From Eledone cirrhosa (Eukaryota), in NCBI GenBank assembly GCA_964016885.1, contig OZ024763.1:8804001-8868000 (forward strand): 64,000 bases of DNA. The letters run 5' to 3'. A model generated the notes under the pieces. That model saw only the letters and a list, made by a program, of their open reading frames with translations. It ran no database searches and was not told the origin of the DNA. The translations under genes were made by a program, and so were the position numbers. Numbering within the stretch: position 1 is the stretch's first letter; each line of letters opens with the position of its first letter. Positions 39,101 through 61,171 of this stretch are shown here, piece after piece.

Positions 39101-40277
39101 GCATTATAAATGACTAAAATAACACCAATATGGCTAAAACGGCATCATGAATGACGAAAATGACTCTATAATGGCTAAAACAGCATCTTAATGGGTAAAA
39201 CACTATCACAAATGAGGAAAATGACTCTCAAACGGCTAAAACAGCATCATAAATGACGAAAATGACTCTAAAATTGCTAAAACAGCATCATAATGGCTAA
39301 AACACTATCATAAATGAGGAATATTACTCTAAAATGGCTAAAACAGCATCATAAATGACGAAAATGACTAAAACGGCATCATAATAGAGTAATATGACTC
39401 TAAAAGGGCTAAAACCGCATCATAAATGACTAAAATGACAGTAAAATTGCTAAAACAGCATCATAATGACTAAAACTGTATCACAAATGACGAATATGAC
39501 GCTTAAATGACTAAAACGTCATCATAAATGATTAAAATTACTATAAAAGGGCTAAAACGGCATTATAAATGACTAAAATAACACCAATATGGCTAAAACG
39601 GCATCATGAATGACGAAAATGACTCTATAATGGCTAAAACAGCATCATAATGGCTAAAACACTATCACAAATGAGGAAAATGACTCTCAAACGGCTAAAA
39701 CTGCATCATAAATGACGAAAATGACTAAAACGGCATCATAAATGAGTAAAATGACTCTAAAATGACTGAAACTGCATTATAAAGGACTAAAATGAGTCTC
39801 AATGGGCTAAAACTGCATTATAAAAGACTACAATGAGTGTAAATGGGCTAAAATCGCATGATAAATGACTAAAAGAACACCAAAATGGCTAAAACGGCAT
39901 CATAAAAGACGAAAATGACTCTAAAATGTCTAAAACTGCATTATAAAGGACAAAATGAGTCTAAATGGGCTAAAACGGCATCATAAATGACTAAAATGAC
40001 TCCAAAATGGCTAAAGGTCTTCATAAATGACTAAAACGACTCCAAAATGTCTAAAACGGCATCATGAATGACGTAAATGACTCTAAAATGAATTAAACCG
40101 CATTATAATGGCTAAAATACTATCATAAATGAGGAAAATGGCTCTAAAATGGCTAAAACAGCATCATAAATGACGAAATAACGCTTAAATGACTAAAACG
40201 GGATCATAAATGAGTAAAATGCCTCTAAAAGGGCTAAAACGGCATCATAAATGACTAAAATGACTCTAAAAGGGCCA
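9192..40277. repeat. ~31 kb satellite DNA; 41-bp monomer gccgttttagccattttagagtcattttagtcatttatgat; ~1.85-1.86 kb higher-order repeat; four alternating-orientation blocks
   Basis: Blocks: forward 9192-23468, reverse 23469-31027, forward 31028-36887, reverse 36888-40277 (runs into the gap). The marker aaaccttttatacacc or its reverse complement recurs at ~18325/20175/22025 and ~25180/27040/28900. The track shows no ORF within the array. Confidence 0.97.
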
Positions 40278-40477
40278 NNNNNNNNNNNNNNNNNNNNNNN
40301 NNNNNNNNNNNNNNNNNNNNNNNNNNNNNNNNNNNNNNNNNNNNNNNNNNNNNNNNNNNNNNNNNNNNNNNNNNNNNNNNNNNNNNNNNNNNNNNNNNNN
40401 NNNNNNNNNNNNNNNNNNNNNNNNNNNNNNNNNNNNNNNNNNNNNNNNNNNNNNNNNNNNNNNNNNNNNNNNNNNNN
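40278..40477. other. Assembly gap (200 N)
   Basis: Exactly 200 N, consistent with a fixed-size scaffolding gap. Confidence 0.99.
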
Positions 40478-51050
<10,573 letters not shown>

Positions 51051-51582
51051 ATTTGTTTACAGAACAAAGGCGAACCAAGGTGGAGGCTAAGCGGGTTAAA
51101 TAACATTCTTAGGACGGATTTCTTACGGACGCAGTACAGTGAGTATAATTCTGCTTTAACACGGAGTTTGACATGTCTACATGACCATACCTACCACCCT
51201 CTCTCTCTCTACACACACACACACACACACCTATATATATATATATATGTGTATATATATGTAGGAGGTGAGTTTTATTGTAGTACAATAAAGCATTGCA
51301 GATATCGGATAGGTAGCACTCTACAGTTTGTAGGACTGGAGTATAAATAATATAAATTATATTATCGTGTGATATGACACCCACATATGTCTATTTCACA
51401 TAAACACGATTGTACGTGTGTGTGTGTGTATATATATATGCCTATGCTCTAACAATGTGTTGAGTACCTTTTTTTAAACTGTGATTACCTCTCTGACACA
51501 ACTCAGGAACCTATATATATGTAGGAGACGTAATCACAGTTTAAAAAAAGGAACTCAACACATTGTAGAGTATAGGCATCTT

Positions 51583-51584
<2 letters not shown>

Positions 51585-51665
<81 letters not shown>

Positions 51666-51680
51666 ACAGACACACACACG
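51585..51680. repeat. (CA)n microsatellite
   Basis: Directly visible. Confidence 0.95.
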
Positions 51681-51916
51681 TGTTTATGTGAAATTAGTGG
51701 GTGAAATAGACATATATATATACATACAGACGTGTGTGTTTCGGTGAATATGTGCACGAGTATATATATGTGTATGTATGTATATTTATTCATTAATCTG
51801 AGCTTGTTTTTAGTATACGTGTTTATGCACCAGTGTGTCGTGTATAAGTGCCTATGTATATACGTGTATATATAGGTGCCTGCCGATGTATATACGTCTC
51901 TATGTATATATATTTG

Positions 51917-51964
<48 letters not shown>

Positions 51965-52171
51965 TGCCTGCCTGCCGATGTATAAACGTGTCCATGTATG
52001 TGACTAGAAGCAGATAAATTGTTACTGTCTCTCTGTAGTTGTATCACAAGATATTTACCCTGGACCTCAACCGAACCAACATATGTGATGTAGAAATACA
52101 TATATACACAAACCTGGCTATAGATAATATACTATACTTTATATAAAGACATCTATGTATGTAATGTTGAA

Positions 52172-52326
<155 letters not shown>

Positions 52327-52327
52327 G

Positions 52328-52445
52328 ATCTGAGTTCAAATCCCGCCGAGGTTAACTTTGCCTTTCATCCTTACGGGGTCGATAAAATAAAGTACCAGTA
52401 ATACACTGAAATAATTGCTAGCCTTGTGCCAAAAGTAGAACTAAT
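52328..52445 (+). mobile_element. 5'-truncated tRNA-derived SINE family A
   Basis: gagttcaaatcccgccgaggttaactttgcctttcatccttacggggtcgataaaataaagtaccag; near-identical copies at 53500 and 62077. Confidence 0.8.
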
Positions 52446-52827
52446 TATATACTATACACTATAAATATAATGACGTGTGTGTGTGTGTGTATAATGGCAT
52501 ATGTGTTGCAGGAATTGTGCGAGAGACTGCTACACACACAGACAGGGACTGCCACACACACACACTGAGAGAGACAACCACACACACACAGACCGACAGA
52601 GACAGCCACACACACACACTGATATAAACAGCTACACACACACAACATTAGTGCCAACGAAGCAGACCTAGCTGCTTGTCATACACTGGATGGACACGTC
52701 AACAATTTTTAACTTTAACTTGGCCTTCTTTTACTTATTCCACTTTCTACTTCTCCACTTTTCTGGGGTTTTAATTACCTTTTTCACATTTCTAATCTTG
52801 TTCTTGCTATGTTGACCTGTGCCAGAT

Positions 52828-52882
<55 letters not shown>

Positions 52883-53055
52883 CTATGTTGACCTGTGCCA
52901 GATCTTATATGTATATATTGTTCTACGTTGACATGTTGCAGTTCATATATATATATATAAATTCTATGTTGACGTGTATCATATATATATATATATATAT
53001 ATATACCTTTTTTAAACTGGGGTATATAAAGAAATGCAACATGTCAACATAACTA

Positions 53056-53130
53056 CAGGGTGTCCCCCAAAACGTGTACACACTTCAACAGGATTCTAAT
53101 AAATATGTGTATACAATTTTGGGGACACCT
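53056..53130. mobile_element. Small Tc1/mariner-type MITE
   Basis: TA-cagggtgtcccccaaaa..tgtacac / gtgtatacaattttggggacacct-TA: inverted termini with TA on both flanks. Confidence 0.65.
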
Positions 53131-53243
53131 TATGTGTGAGTGTGTATATATTTCTAGCTATGTTGACGTGTTGTAGTTCTTTATATACTCCAGTTAAAAA
53201 GGTTACTCTACATTGGCATCTTTATTAAATATAAAGAAATGAC

Positions 53244-53335
53244 TTCTACAGGACTAGTACTGTTTCATTCGTATGAAATCATCAATAACGTTCCTGATGA
53301 TTTCAAACAAATGAAACAGTTCTAATCCCCTAGAA
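53244..53335. ncRNA. Inverted pair of degenerate hammerhead-like motifs (same family as 63101)
   Basis: The plus copy at 53291-53335 has CTGATGA...GAAACAG. The minus copy at 53244-53285 has an intact stem III ACAG/CTGT and a GTA site, but TTGATGA instead of CTGATGA. Confidence 0.45.
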
Positions 53336-53498
53336 GTCTTTTCTATATAAAATAAATATGTACTTTCTCTATTAATGTATTAAGTACTTTATTTAACGTT
53401 GGTTCCCTCTGTTTTTAAGAAAACCCTCTCATATATATATTTATATAAAATAAACAAAAATTCTTTGGTCTATGGTTAAGCTTCAACCTTTTCCATAT

Positions 53499-53625
53499 TC
53501 TGAGTTCAAATCCCACCGAGGTTAACTTTGCCTTTCATCCTTATGGGGTCGATAAAATAAAGTACCAGTAATGCACTGGGTAATTGCTGGCATTGTGCAA
53601 AAAAGTAGAAACAATTATTATTGTT
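53499..53625 (+). mobile_element. tRNA-derived SINE family A fragment
   Basis: Same sequence as 52328-52445. Confidence 0.8.
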
Positions 53626-53864
53626 ATAGGATTGCTCTTCTATACTAATATCTATTTTACTTTCCTTAAGTATAGAGTTCTAAGTTGAATAATGGTCTTA
53701 GTAACATCTCATTCCTCTCTCACACACATTATATGTGTTTACTCTGGATGATAATGTATTAACTTCTCACTCCATTGAGCACTTTGTGATTACATCAAAC
53801 AATTCGATTAGTACTGCTATATTGTGACTATAACTTCGATTCGTGCCCAATATATATATATATA

Positions 53865-54165
53865 TCATCATTATCGTTTTACGTCCGCTTTTCCATGCTT
53901 GCATGGTTTGGATGGGTTCTTCTCAGCACAACATCTATCCACTCGTCGCGTTCCTTTGTCAACTCTTCTGCCTGTCTTAGTGATTTGAGGTCAGCTCTCA
54001 CAACCTCTGCCCAGTTGTTTTGTGGTTCTCCTCAACTGCAGATTCCTTCCACTGTGATTTCCTGGCATTTCTTCATCCATTGGTCATTGTCCATGTACTT
54101 CACATGTCCATACCAACGCAGTCTTCCCTCCTGCACACCACCTCAGATTTCCCTTAAACCCAGCT
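53865..54165 (-). mobile_element. RTE-clade LINE 3' fragment
   Basis: Minus strand reads RLRWYGHVKYMDNDQWMKKCQEITVEG..., followed by the catgcaagcatggaaaagcggacgt tail and gat repeats. Confidence 0.8.
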
Positions 54166-54376
54166 TATATGTATATGATATTCCAGGTTATTTGGCGGAA
54201 CAATTGCTTGCTGTGGCTGGTCAGCTTCATCACAGAGAATTCTCTGAATGTAAAGAATTATTCCTTCAATAAGATATATTCCACTTTTGTTGGGAATAGG
54301 TTTTCTTTTTAGGTCATTGATATCCCAGTATATATGTGTATGCATACACACATATATTTATATATATCATCATCAT

Positions 54377-54530
54377 TTAACCCTTTAGCATTTACATTAC
54401 TCTATATTTACTATTATATTTTCATGGTAAAGGCTTTATCTCACATAATATAGAATCTATGAGATTTTGATATTTATTTTGAGAACAATACCTTAACATC
54501 AGTATGATGAACAGAAAGGTGAGAGAATTC
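54377..54530 (-). mobile_element. TTAA-type MITE copy (partial, reverse)
   Basis: TTAAccctttagcatttacattactc...gagaacaataccttaacatcagtatga. Confidence 0.8.
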
Positions 54531-54829
54531 TACTAGCAAGGGCTGGACAAGTCTACATAGACCAAGTCAGTTCTGAAGCGAGGCTACTGATGTCCCAGAC
54601 AGCCCAAGGAAGTCTGTATTCTGCTTACATATGGTAATATTGAGTGCAGAGAAGTTGTCTTTTGTCACAAACTGAAGGGTCATCCTAACCTCTTGTTTAA
54701 CAAGCTTTCTACAGCTGGAGGCCCTTCCTATCACCAACCAACACTAGGGAGGCTGTCATGTCTTTGATATAACTATATATATCATCATCATCATCGTTTA
54801 ACGTCCATGTTCCACGCTTGCACGGGTTC

Positions 54830-54869
<40 letters not shown>

Positions 54870-54973
54870 GAAGGAAGTGTGGAAAAGAACCTGGTAGACC
54901 ATAGTGCGGACCACGAGTCTAGAAATAGCTATCGAAACGGCTTGAGCTCTGCCGTCAGAGGCCAAAACCTTTT

Positions 54974-55020
<47 letters not shown>

Positions 55021-55120
55021 GGCGAAGTAAGTATGACTCGAGCTTAATGCTCACAGTCAACCAGGTATTACATTGACATACTCAATGATTGTTGTACACC
55101 TATAATCATTGTTAAAGGGT

Positions 55121-55302
55121 TTAACCCTTTATCATTTAAACCCCTTTCTGTTCAAACCAGCTGTAATCAGCTACTCATACTGATGTTAAGGTATTTTTCT
55201 CAAAATAAATATCAAACTTTCATAAATTCGATATGTGAGATAAAGCCTTTACCGTGAAAATACAATAGTAAATATATAATAATGTAAATGTTAAAGGGTT
55301 AA
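55121..55302 (+). mobile_element. Complete TTAA-flanked MITE (piggyBac-like)
   Basis: TTAA-CCCTTTATCATTTA ... TAAATGTTAAAGGG-TTAA: 14-bp TIR with one mismatch and TTAA on both sides. Confidence 0.85.
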
Positions 55303-55399
55303 AGAGGATTCTCTTGAAAGGAGCAACTATTGAGGCATTAAACTAATTGAGGGAGTTATAAATGTAGCAGTTTTATCAGAACTATTTAGGGAAAGAACA

Positions 55400-55862
55400 G
55401 ACTGTGATGCCGTTTGGCTTTGTGCCAGGATGGAGTACCACTGATGCCCTCTTCTTAGTGAGACAACTGCAGAAGTTTCTAGCTGAGAACAAACCACCGT
55501 ATTTAGATTTTTAGCTTTTGTTGATTTTGAGAAGGTGTTTGACAAGATACAACGATAATCTGGTGGTCCCTAAATAAATGTGTAGATGAAAGGCTGGCTT
55601 TTGAGAGACTTATGAAGATGTGTGTAGGAGAAAGGATCGTACCTATATAATGTATATGGAGGAAGACTGATGGGTGAAGAAGTGCTAGAATTTCCAAGAG
55701 CTAGGAAGTCACAGAAGAGGAAGACCAAGGAAAACGTTGGCAGGTGATGAAAGCTAACTTCAGCATGTTGAACTTCACAAAGGGGATGACATAGGAAACA
55801 GAAAGATGGAAGGAAGCTGTACTGAGATCTGATCCGACCCATAGAAGCAGGAAAAACCTGAA
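55400..55862 (+). mobile_element. Internally deleted RTE LINE (start of RT domain joined to the 3' end)
   Basis: FGFVPGWSTTDALFLVRQLQ.FLAENKP...LAFVDFEKVFDKI (RT N-terminal motifs), then RRGRPRK.W and the tail. Confidence 0.8.
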
Positions 55863-56384
55863 CATATAAATAATACATCTATTTATATCTTCATCATCAA
55901 TTATCATCTGGTTTCCCATGTTAGCATTTATGTCATCATCATTGTTGTTTTAACGTCTGCTTTCCCTGTTAGCAAGGGTTAGATAGGTCCACACAGATCA
56001 AGTCTGGGGCCACTGATCTCCCAGTCTCTCACTTATATACGGTCTCATTTTCTACCGACTGCACAGGAGAGGTTGTCTTTGACACAACCAAGGGTCTTTC
56101 CAACTATTTGTTTAGTAAGACTTCTACAGCTGTGTGCTCTCCCTAACAACCACTTTACATTGTATACTGGGTGTGTTTACCATGCAGATCACCAAACACT
56201 ATGGAGGCTGTCATGTACTTAAGACCACTGAAGGGTCCTCCCAACCTTCGTTTGGCAAGCCCTCTACAGCTGGGAGCCCTTCCCATTACCAATCACCTCA
56301 CAAAGAGACAACGGTTAGGAATGAGGAGGGGAATGTGTGTGTGTATGGTGAGGTGATGTTGAGAATAGCTGTTAATGAGTGCTA

Positions 56385-57215
56385 GTGGCAGAAGGGACAG
56401 ACCTCGCAGTCTTTAGTCATCTCTGTTGTGAGGTTTAGTTTTTTAAGTTTGGTCTTCACAACCTCATTCCATTTCTTCCTAGGTCTGCCTCTTCCACAGG
56501 TCCCAGCCACTGGTGTTTCTCTGCATTTCTTTATGCAGCAGCTATCTTCTATGCACCTCACTATGCCCACTACATCCAATTCCTCTTATACCAAGTTTTC
56601 CTTTAGTTTTCTTATGCGCTGTCGCTCATGTGAACATTTCACATCCATCGGAGCATATTCTACTCATCTATTTCTAGTCTTCACAGGTCTTCTGCAATTA
56701 AGGCCCATGTTTCACTGCCATATAAGCCTTGCAGTTCATACACATACATCATACAGTCTACTCTTCACTCTGAGAGATAAGCATTTTGTTGTCAGCAATG
56801 TTAATAGATCTCTAAACTTATTCCAGCCTGTTCTTATCCTAGCTATCACACCTTCAGTGCATCTTCTCCTACTGTTAATTTGATCACCTAGGTAGTGAAA
56901 GCTGTCAGCAACTTCTATGGAAACCCCCTGATGGATTCTATTCCATGTGTGCTCTTTGTGCTCACTTCTCCTGTGCATTTGCCACATATAAAGTCTATCG
57001 TTTCCATTTACCTACCTGCAATCCCACTACATCTCTTGTGTATCCATAATTTGCGTGCACCTTATAGAATTTCTATCAACTCCTTTCTGACATATTAAAC
57101 AACTTTCCTTGTGGTATCACCTTCTTGTCTTCTTTTCCTCTTAAGACTTTTGTCTTTGCTAAGTTCTTCCATGCTTGAAATCTTTCCTCTACCTCTCCTA
57201 TGGATTCAGCTATAA
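56385..57215 (-). mobile_element. Decayed RTE LINE ORF 3' half with a Cys/His-rich insert
   Basis: ORF-track peptides VADSFHYLGDQI...ARIRTGWNKFRDLL...KSRLYDVCV and GRGRPRKKWNEVVK. Upstream SIRC..LWIHKRCSGI...FICGKC. Confidence 0.85.
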
Positions 57216-57229
57216 AGACTAATTCATCA

Positions 57230-57405
57230 GTATAGAATAACCATGGGATTTGTACCTAGAAAGTTCCCCTCCGAGGCACAAGTCTGGGCGAAGTTGTTTG
57301 TGAAAGACCAACAGTCGCCATGCATACCAGTTTCCCCTCTCCACACCATTGATGCTGTCCAAGGGAAAGACAAAGTCTGATACAGCTTGGCACCAGTGAA
57401 ATCAC
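57230..57405 (-). mobile_element. SINE body/tail fragment (gatacagcttggcaccagtga family)
   Basis: The motif is repeated at ~57770, ~58900 and ~60870. Confidence 0.65.
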
Positions 57406-57690
57406 GTGCGTGTGTGTGTGTGTGTGTGTGTGTATACATATATATTATAAAATAACAGGAGGCTGGACTGGTGTAATTCCTTAAAAGGTTTATTAGTATA
57501 ATAAACCTTTTAAGGAATTACACCAGTCCAGCCTCCTGTTATTTTATAATAATTAACTCCGTACTCGTGCCACCAACTATACAAACGAAGACGGGTGAGT
57601 TGCATTACGTTGAGTGCTCTCCATAATATTACATCGAGGTTGACTATACGGAATGACCAGTTCTATCCAGTGGTGAACCAACAAACCTAA

Positions 57691-57729
<39 letters not shown>

Positions 57730-57747
57730 TATACATACATTATATAT

Positions 57748-57912
57748 GATGTCCAAGGAAATGGTAATGGCTGATACAGCTTGGCACCAGTGATGTCGCA
57801 ACTCATTTCTACAGCTGAGTGAACTGGAACAACATGAAATAGTGTCTTGCTCAAGGACACAACTCACCCTCCCATCCGAGAATCAAACTCACAACCGCCC
57901 AATTGCAAGCCC
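57748..57912 (-). mobile_element. tRNA/CORE-like SINE head and body
   Basis: Minus strand gtgagtttgattc (B box) and gtgtccttgagcaagacac; similar to 61172-61340. Confidence 0.7.
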
Positions 57913-59292
57913 AATAATAAGTAATTTTCCTGTCACTGGGGTAGCAATATTGATGGGTTTCTTCACCCAACCATGTATTTCCTTGCTTTCATAGCTTGAT
58001 GTTATTTACAGTATTGTTAATGTGACTCCAACAATTGCCATGTCACCTGTCACCAGAGCCTCAAGGTTTCAATGGGATGGGGACCCTTCTGTATTATGTT
58101 AGCCCATTCTATGTTGACACAGTTGATTAAATCAAACCCTAGTACATGACTGGTACTTTATTTTATTGACCCTGGAAGGGTAACTCAAGAAATAAGATAT
58201 TTACACTAACAAATTCACCAAATCCATTGTTTTACTATTAATGTTGTATTAAAGTCGGCTTTTAACCCCTCCCCCCCCTTCTTGTAGTCACTCCACCTGC
58301 TAAGCATAGCAACCAAACTTCCCTCATATATCCTACTGATGTAATTTATATATGTTATATATTGGACATGTGTTATATCTATACAGATCCCTATACACAC
58401 ACTCTGTGTGTGTGTATGTATATATATATACACACACACACACACAATGTATTTCCTTGCTTTCAAAGAGAGAGAGAGAGAGGGGGGGGGGTATTTATAC
58501 GCATAAATACATATAGATGTGTATTTACCCTCTACATTTTTACACATTGTGCCTCTCTCTGTGTAAACTGAAGCATGTCTACTAACCTCCCAAACAGGTT
58601 GGGGGTCCATATCTCACACACGATCCTACACTTTCCCAAGTGCATTTTATCGTGGCACCAGCGCTACAGAAATCATCATGGTTTTGACACAACTAAAGGG
58701 TCCTCCTAACCCTTTGTATGGCAGGATGCCCTTCCTATCACCAGCTACTTTACAGAATGTACTGGGTGCTATTATCATGTAGATCAGCAAGTTCCCCTCC
58801 GAGGCAGTGTTCTTTTTTTTTTTTTGAAGTTCAGCAATCTCCCATGCTTACCAGTCTCCCCTCTCCACGCCACCGATGTTCAAGGGAAAGGCAAAAGCCA
58901 ACACAGCTTGGCACCAGTGAAGTCGTACGAATTTACCATGATTGTAAGCCTAATGCTCTCATCACTAAGACATACTTCTTCATATATATATACACACACA
59001 CACACACATATGAGTATGAATCGAATCGAAGTTGTAGCTGCAGTACAGCAGATACCAATCAAATTGTTTCGGGCAGTCACAAAGCACTCATATATATAGA
59101 AAAAGAGAGAGAGGTGTGTATAGGTAGCTTTATATGGCATTTGAGAGGAGAGAGCAAGATCTTAATTTATTTACTCAACATTTAATATTTCAACCTGCTT
59201 CTCTCTCTTTAATCTTGTTACAAAACAAATTACCAAGTTGGATCTCAACTTTTTACAAATATATTATTGCCTTGTTCTCTATGAGTTATATA

Positions 59293-59670
59293 TGGTTCTA
59301 TAATTCCTGAGGGTGTCGTTGGGGTGCTGCTTTGAGACACGGCATTTTCAGGATATTTTAAAACCTGGTGGAGCCCACCCCTCTCCATGTCTGAATACAG
59401 CAGATTTCTTCCAGAGAAGAATAGAGAGAGTGAGAAAGAGATATAAAGGAAGAGTCGACCCCAGTACATGACGGGTATTATAGCTGTATGTATGGTCCCG
59501 TAACTCCTGAGGAGTCATAGGGGCGCTGTATTGATATACTGTATTTCTAGGACATTTTAAAACTTGGCAGAGCCCATCTTCTCTCCAAGTCTGAATACAG
59601 CAGATTTCTTCCAGAGAAGGATAGTGCAAGTTAGAAAGAGATATAGGGAAGAATCGAGCCCCAATACTTG
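59293..59670. repeat. Diverged tandem duplication, ~200-bp period, 2 copies
   Basis: gtctgaatacagcagatttcttccagagaag occurs at ~59389 and ~59589 with aligned flanks. Confidence 0.85.
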
Positions 59671-60249
59671 AACTAAGAAAGCCGAAACGGATACCACAAA
59701 GCATTCTAACGACTTTGCCAATTCACTCTCTTCTTATCATCATCATCATCATCTATCGTCCACTTTCAACACTAGCATGAGTTAGATGGGTTGTCCCATT
59801 TGAGGCAAGTTGGGTCAGGTGACGGTAACTTGCTCATATAGAACTGTTTCTGGCTAGATATCTACAGCTGGATGCTCTTCTAATGCCAACCACATTTACA
59901 GTGTGGGTTGGGTGCTTTTTGTCGTGACACCTACACAACCACTTTAGTGTAGATTGGGTTGTTTTTTATATTTATGAATAATTGTTAATTATAGTATTGC
60001 TTTGTGTTTGCTCTATATCAGTTTTATAATTATAAATATAACTTAATTTTTTTTTTAGAAAGTTTCAATGAGATTTATTATGTTAATGACAACTATAATA
60101 ACAGCAATAATAAACAAAGAAAAGGAAACAAAAGAAAAAAAAAGGATTAGGGAAATATAGAGAAAAAAGAGAAAAAGAAAGGAAAAAAAGGAGAGGGGAT
60201 GGCAGGAGCCTGGCTTACCATCTCAACTGGAGTCAGCAGGCCTAGACTG

Positions 60250-60482
60250 CGGAAATGGCAACTACCCCGACACAATCACCTCACTGGGATCCTTTCTCAG
60301 GTGGGATGCACCCCCTCCCAAATAGCAGTTTAGGGACCAAGGATACCAAACTTCTCGAAGATGACCGACTTGAAAAGGAAGCGGTCAGTCAAGTCCCTAT
60401 ATTTAACTAGCTTTCTCCCCTCTACATTACAGGTGATAGTGCCTGGGTTTGTGGCCGAATCGACAAGGTTGGAAGTGGGAGC
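60250..60482 (-). mobile_element. Remnant of a restriction-like-endonuclease (RLE) non-LTR retrotransposon
   Basis: Minus strand reads APTSNLVDSATNPGTITCNVEGRKLVKYRDLTDRFLFKSVIFEKFGILGP*, resembling the E.RK..KY..L...F.F.P...ET.G.LG RLE region of CRE/R2-superclade elements. Confidence 0.55.
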
Positions 60483-61171
60483 ATTCATTATATGTCATAA
60501 TTGTGAATGTCATTAGAATGTACATCAGTCTGAGTGGCATGTTTTAACTGCACCACGCGCAGTGTTGGATTTAGGACAAATGAGGCTCTGTTCTAGTTAA
60601 GTTATGAGGCCCCAAATATTTGAAAAATTCATCGTAAAAGATTTTTTTGGTAGGAAGATGGGCACACACTCCTGGCCAACAGTTACACTTAAGCACAATG
60701 GTAAATCTGACACTGACCACGTGAGACAAAATGAAGACACCCCATCTCACAGGGCTCCTTCCTTGGAAGGGCTGATGTCTTTCTGAGACAAGCCCAGGCA
60801 AAGTGTTTTTTGTGGAAGACTAGCAGTTGCCGATGTATGCCACCAATGTTATCCTAGGGAAAGACAAAGGCTGATACAGCTTGGCACCAGTGGCATGGGA
60901 ATATATATATATTATATATATATAATCATTTAATGTCCTTTTTTCTACATTAGCATGGGTTAGACAAGTCCCATTTGAGACAAGTCAGATCAGGTGACTC
61001 TCTTGTTCATACAGAACTGTTTCTGGCTTAGTTTCAATGGCTGGATGCCATTCCTAACACCTACCATATCTACAGTGTGGACATACTATACATAAATAGT
61101 ATATATCAGATATACACTATATATGATGTTGTCCTGTGACATGACAACATGTGCATGTATACACTATATAT

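Noticed and set aside
9192-40277. Satellite as a CRISPR array, telomeric repeat or coding repeat
   Set aside because: There are no unique spacers or cas genes, the context is eukaryotic, there are no TTAGGG or TTAGG runs, and stop codons are frequent.
9192-40277. Hammerhead cores within the satellite (tgatg / gacgaaa motifs)
   Set aside because: I found no CTGANGA paired with GAAA and stems on the same strand; the resemblance is superficial.
60571-60801. Short ORFs in moderately GC-rich sequence
   Set aside because: No recognisable homology; probably a TE remnant, but I cannot assign it.
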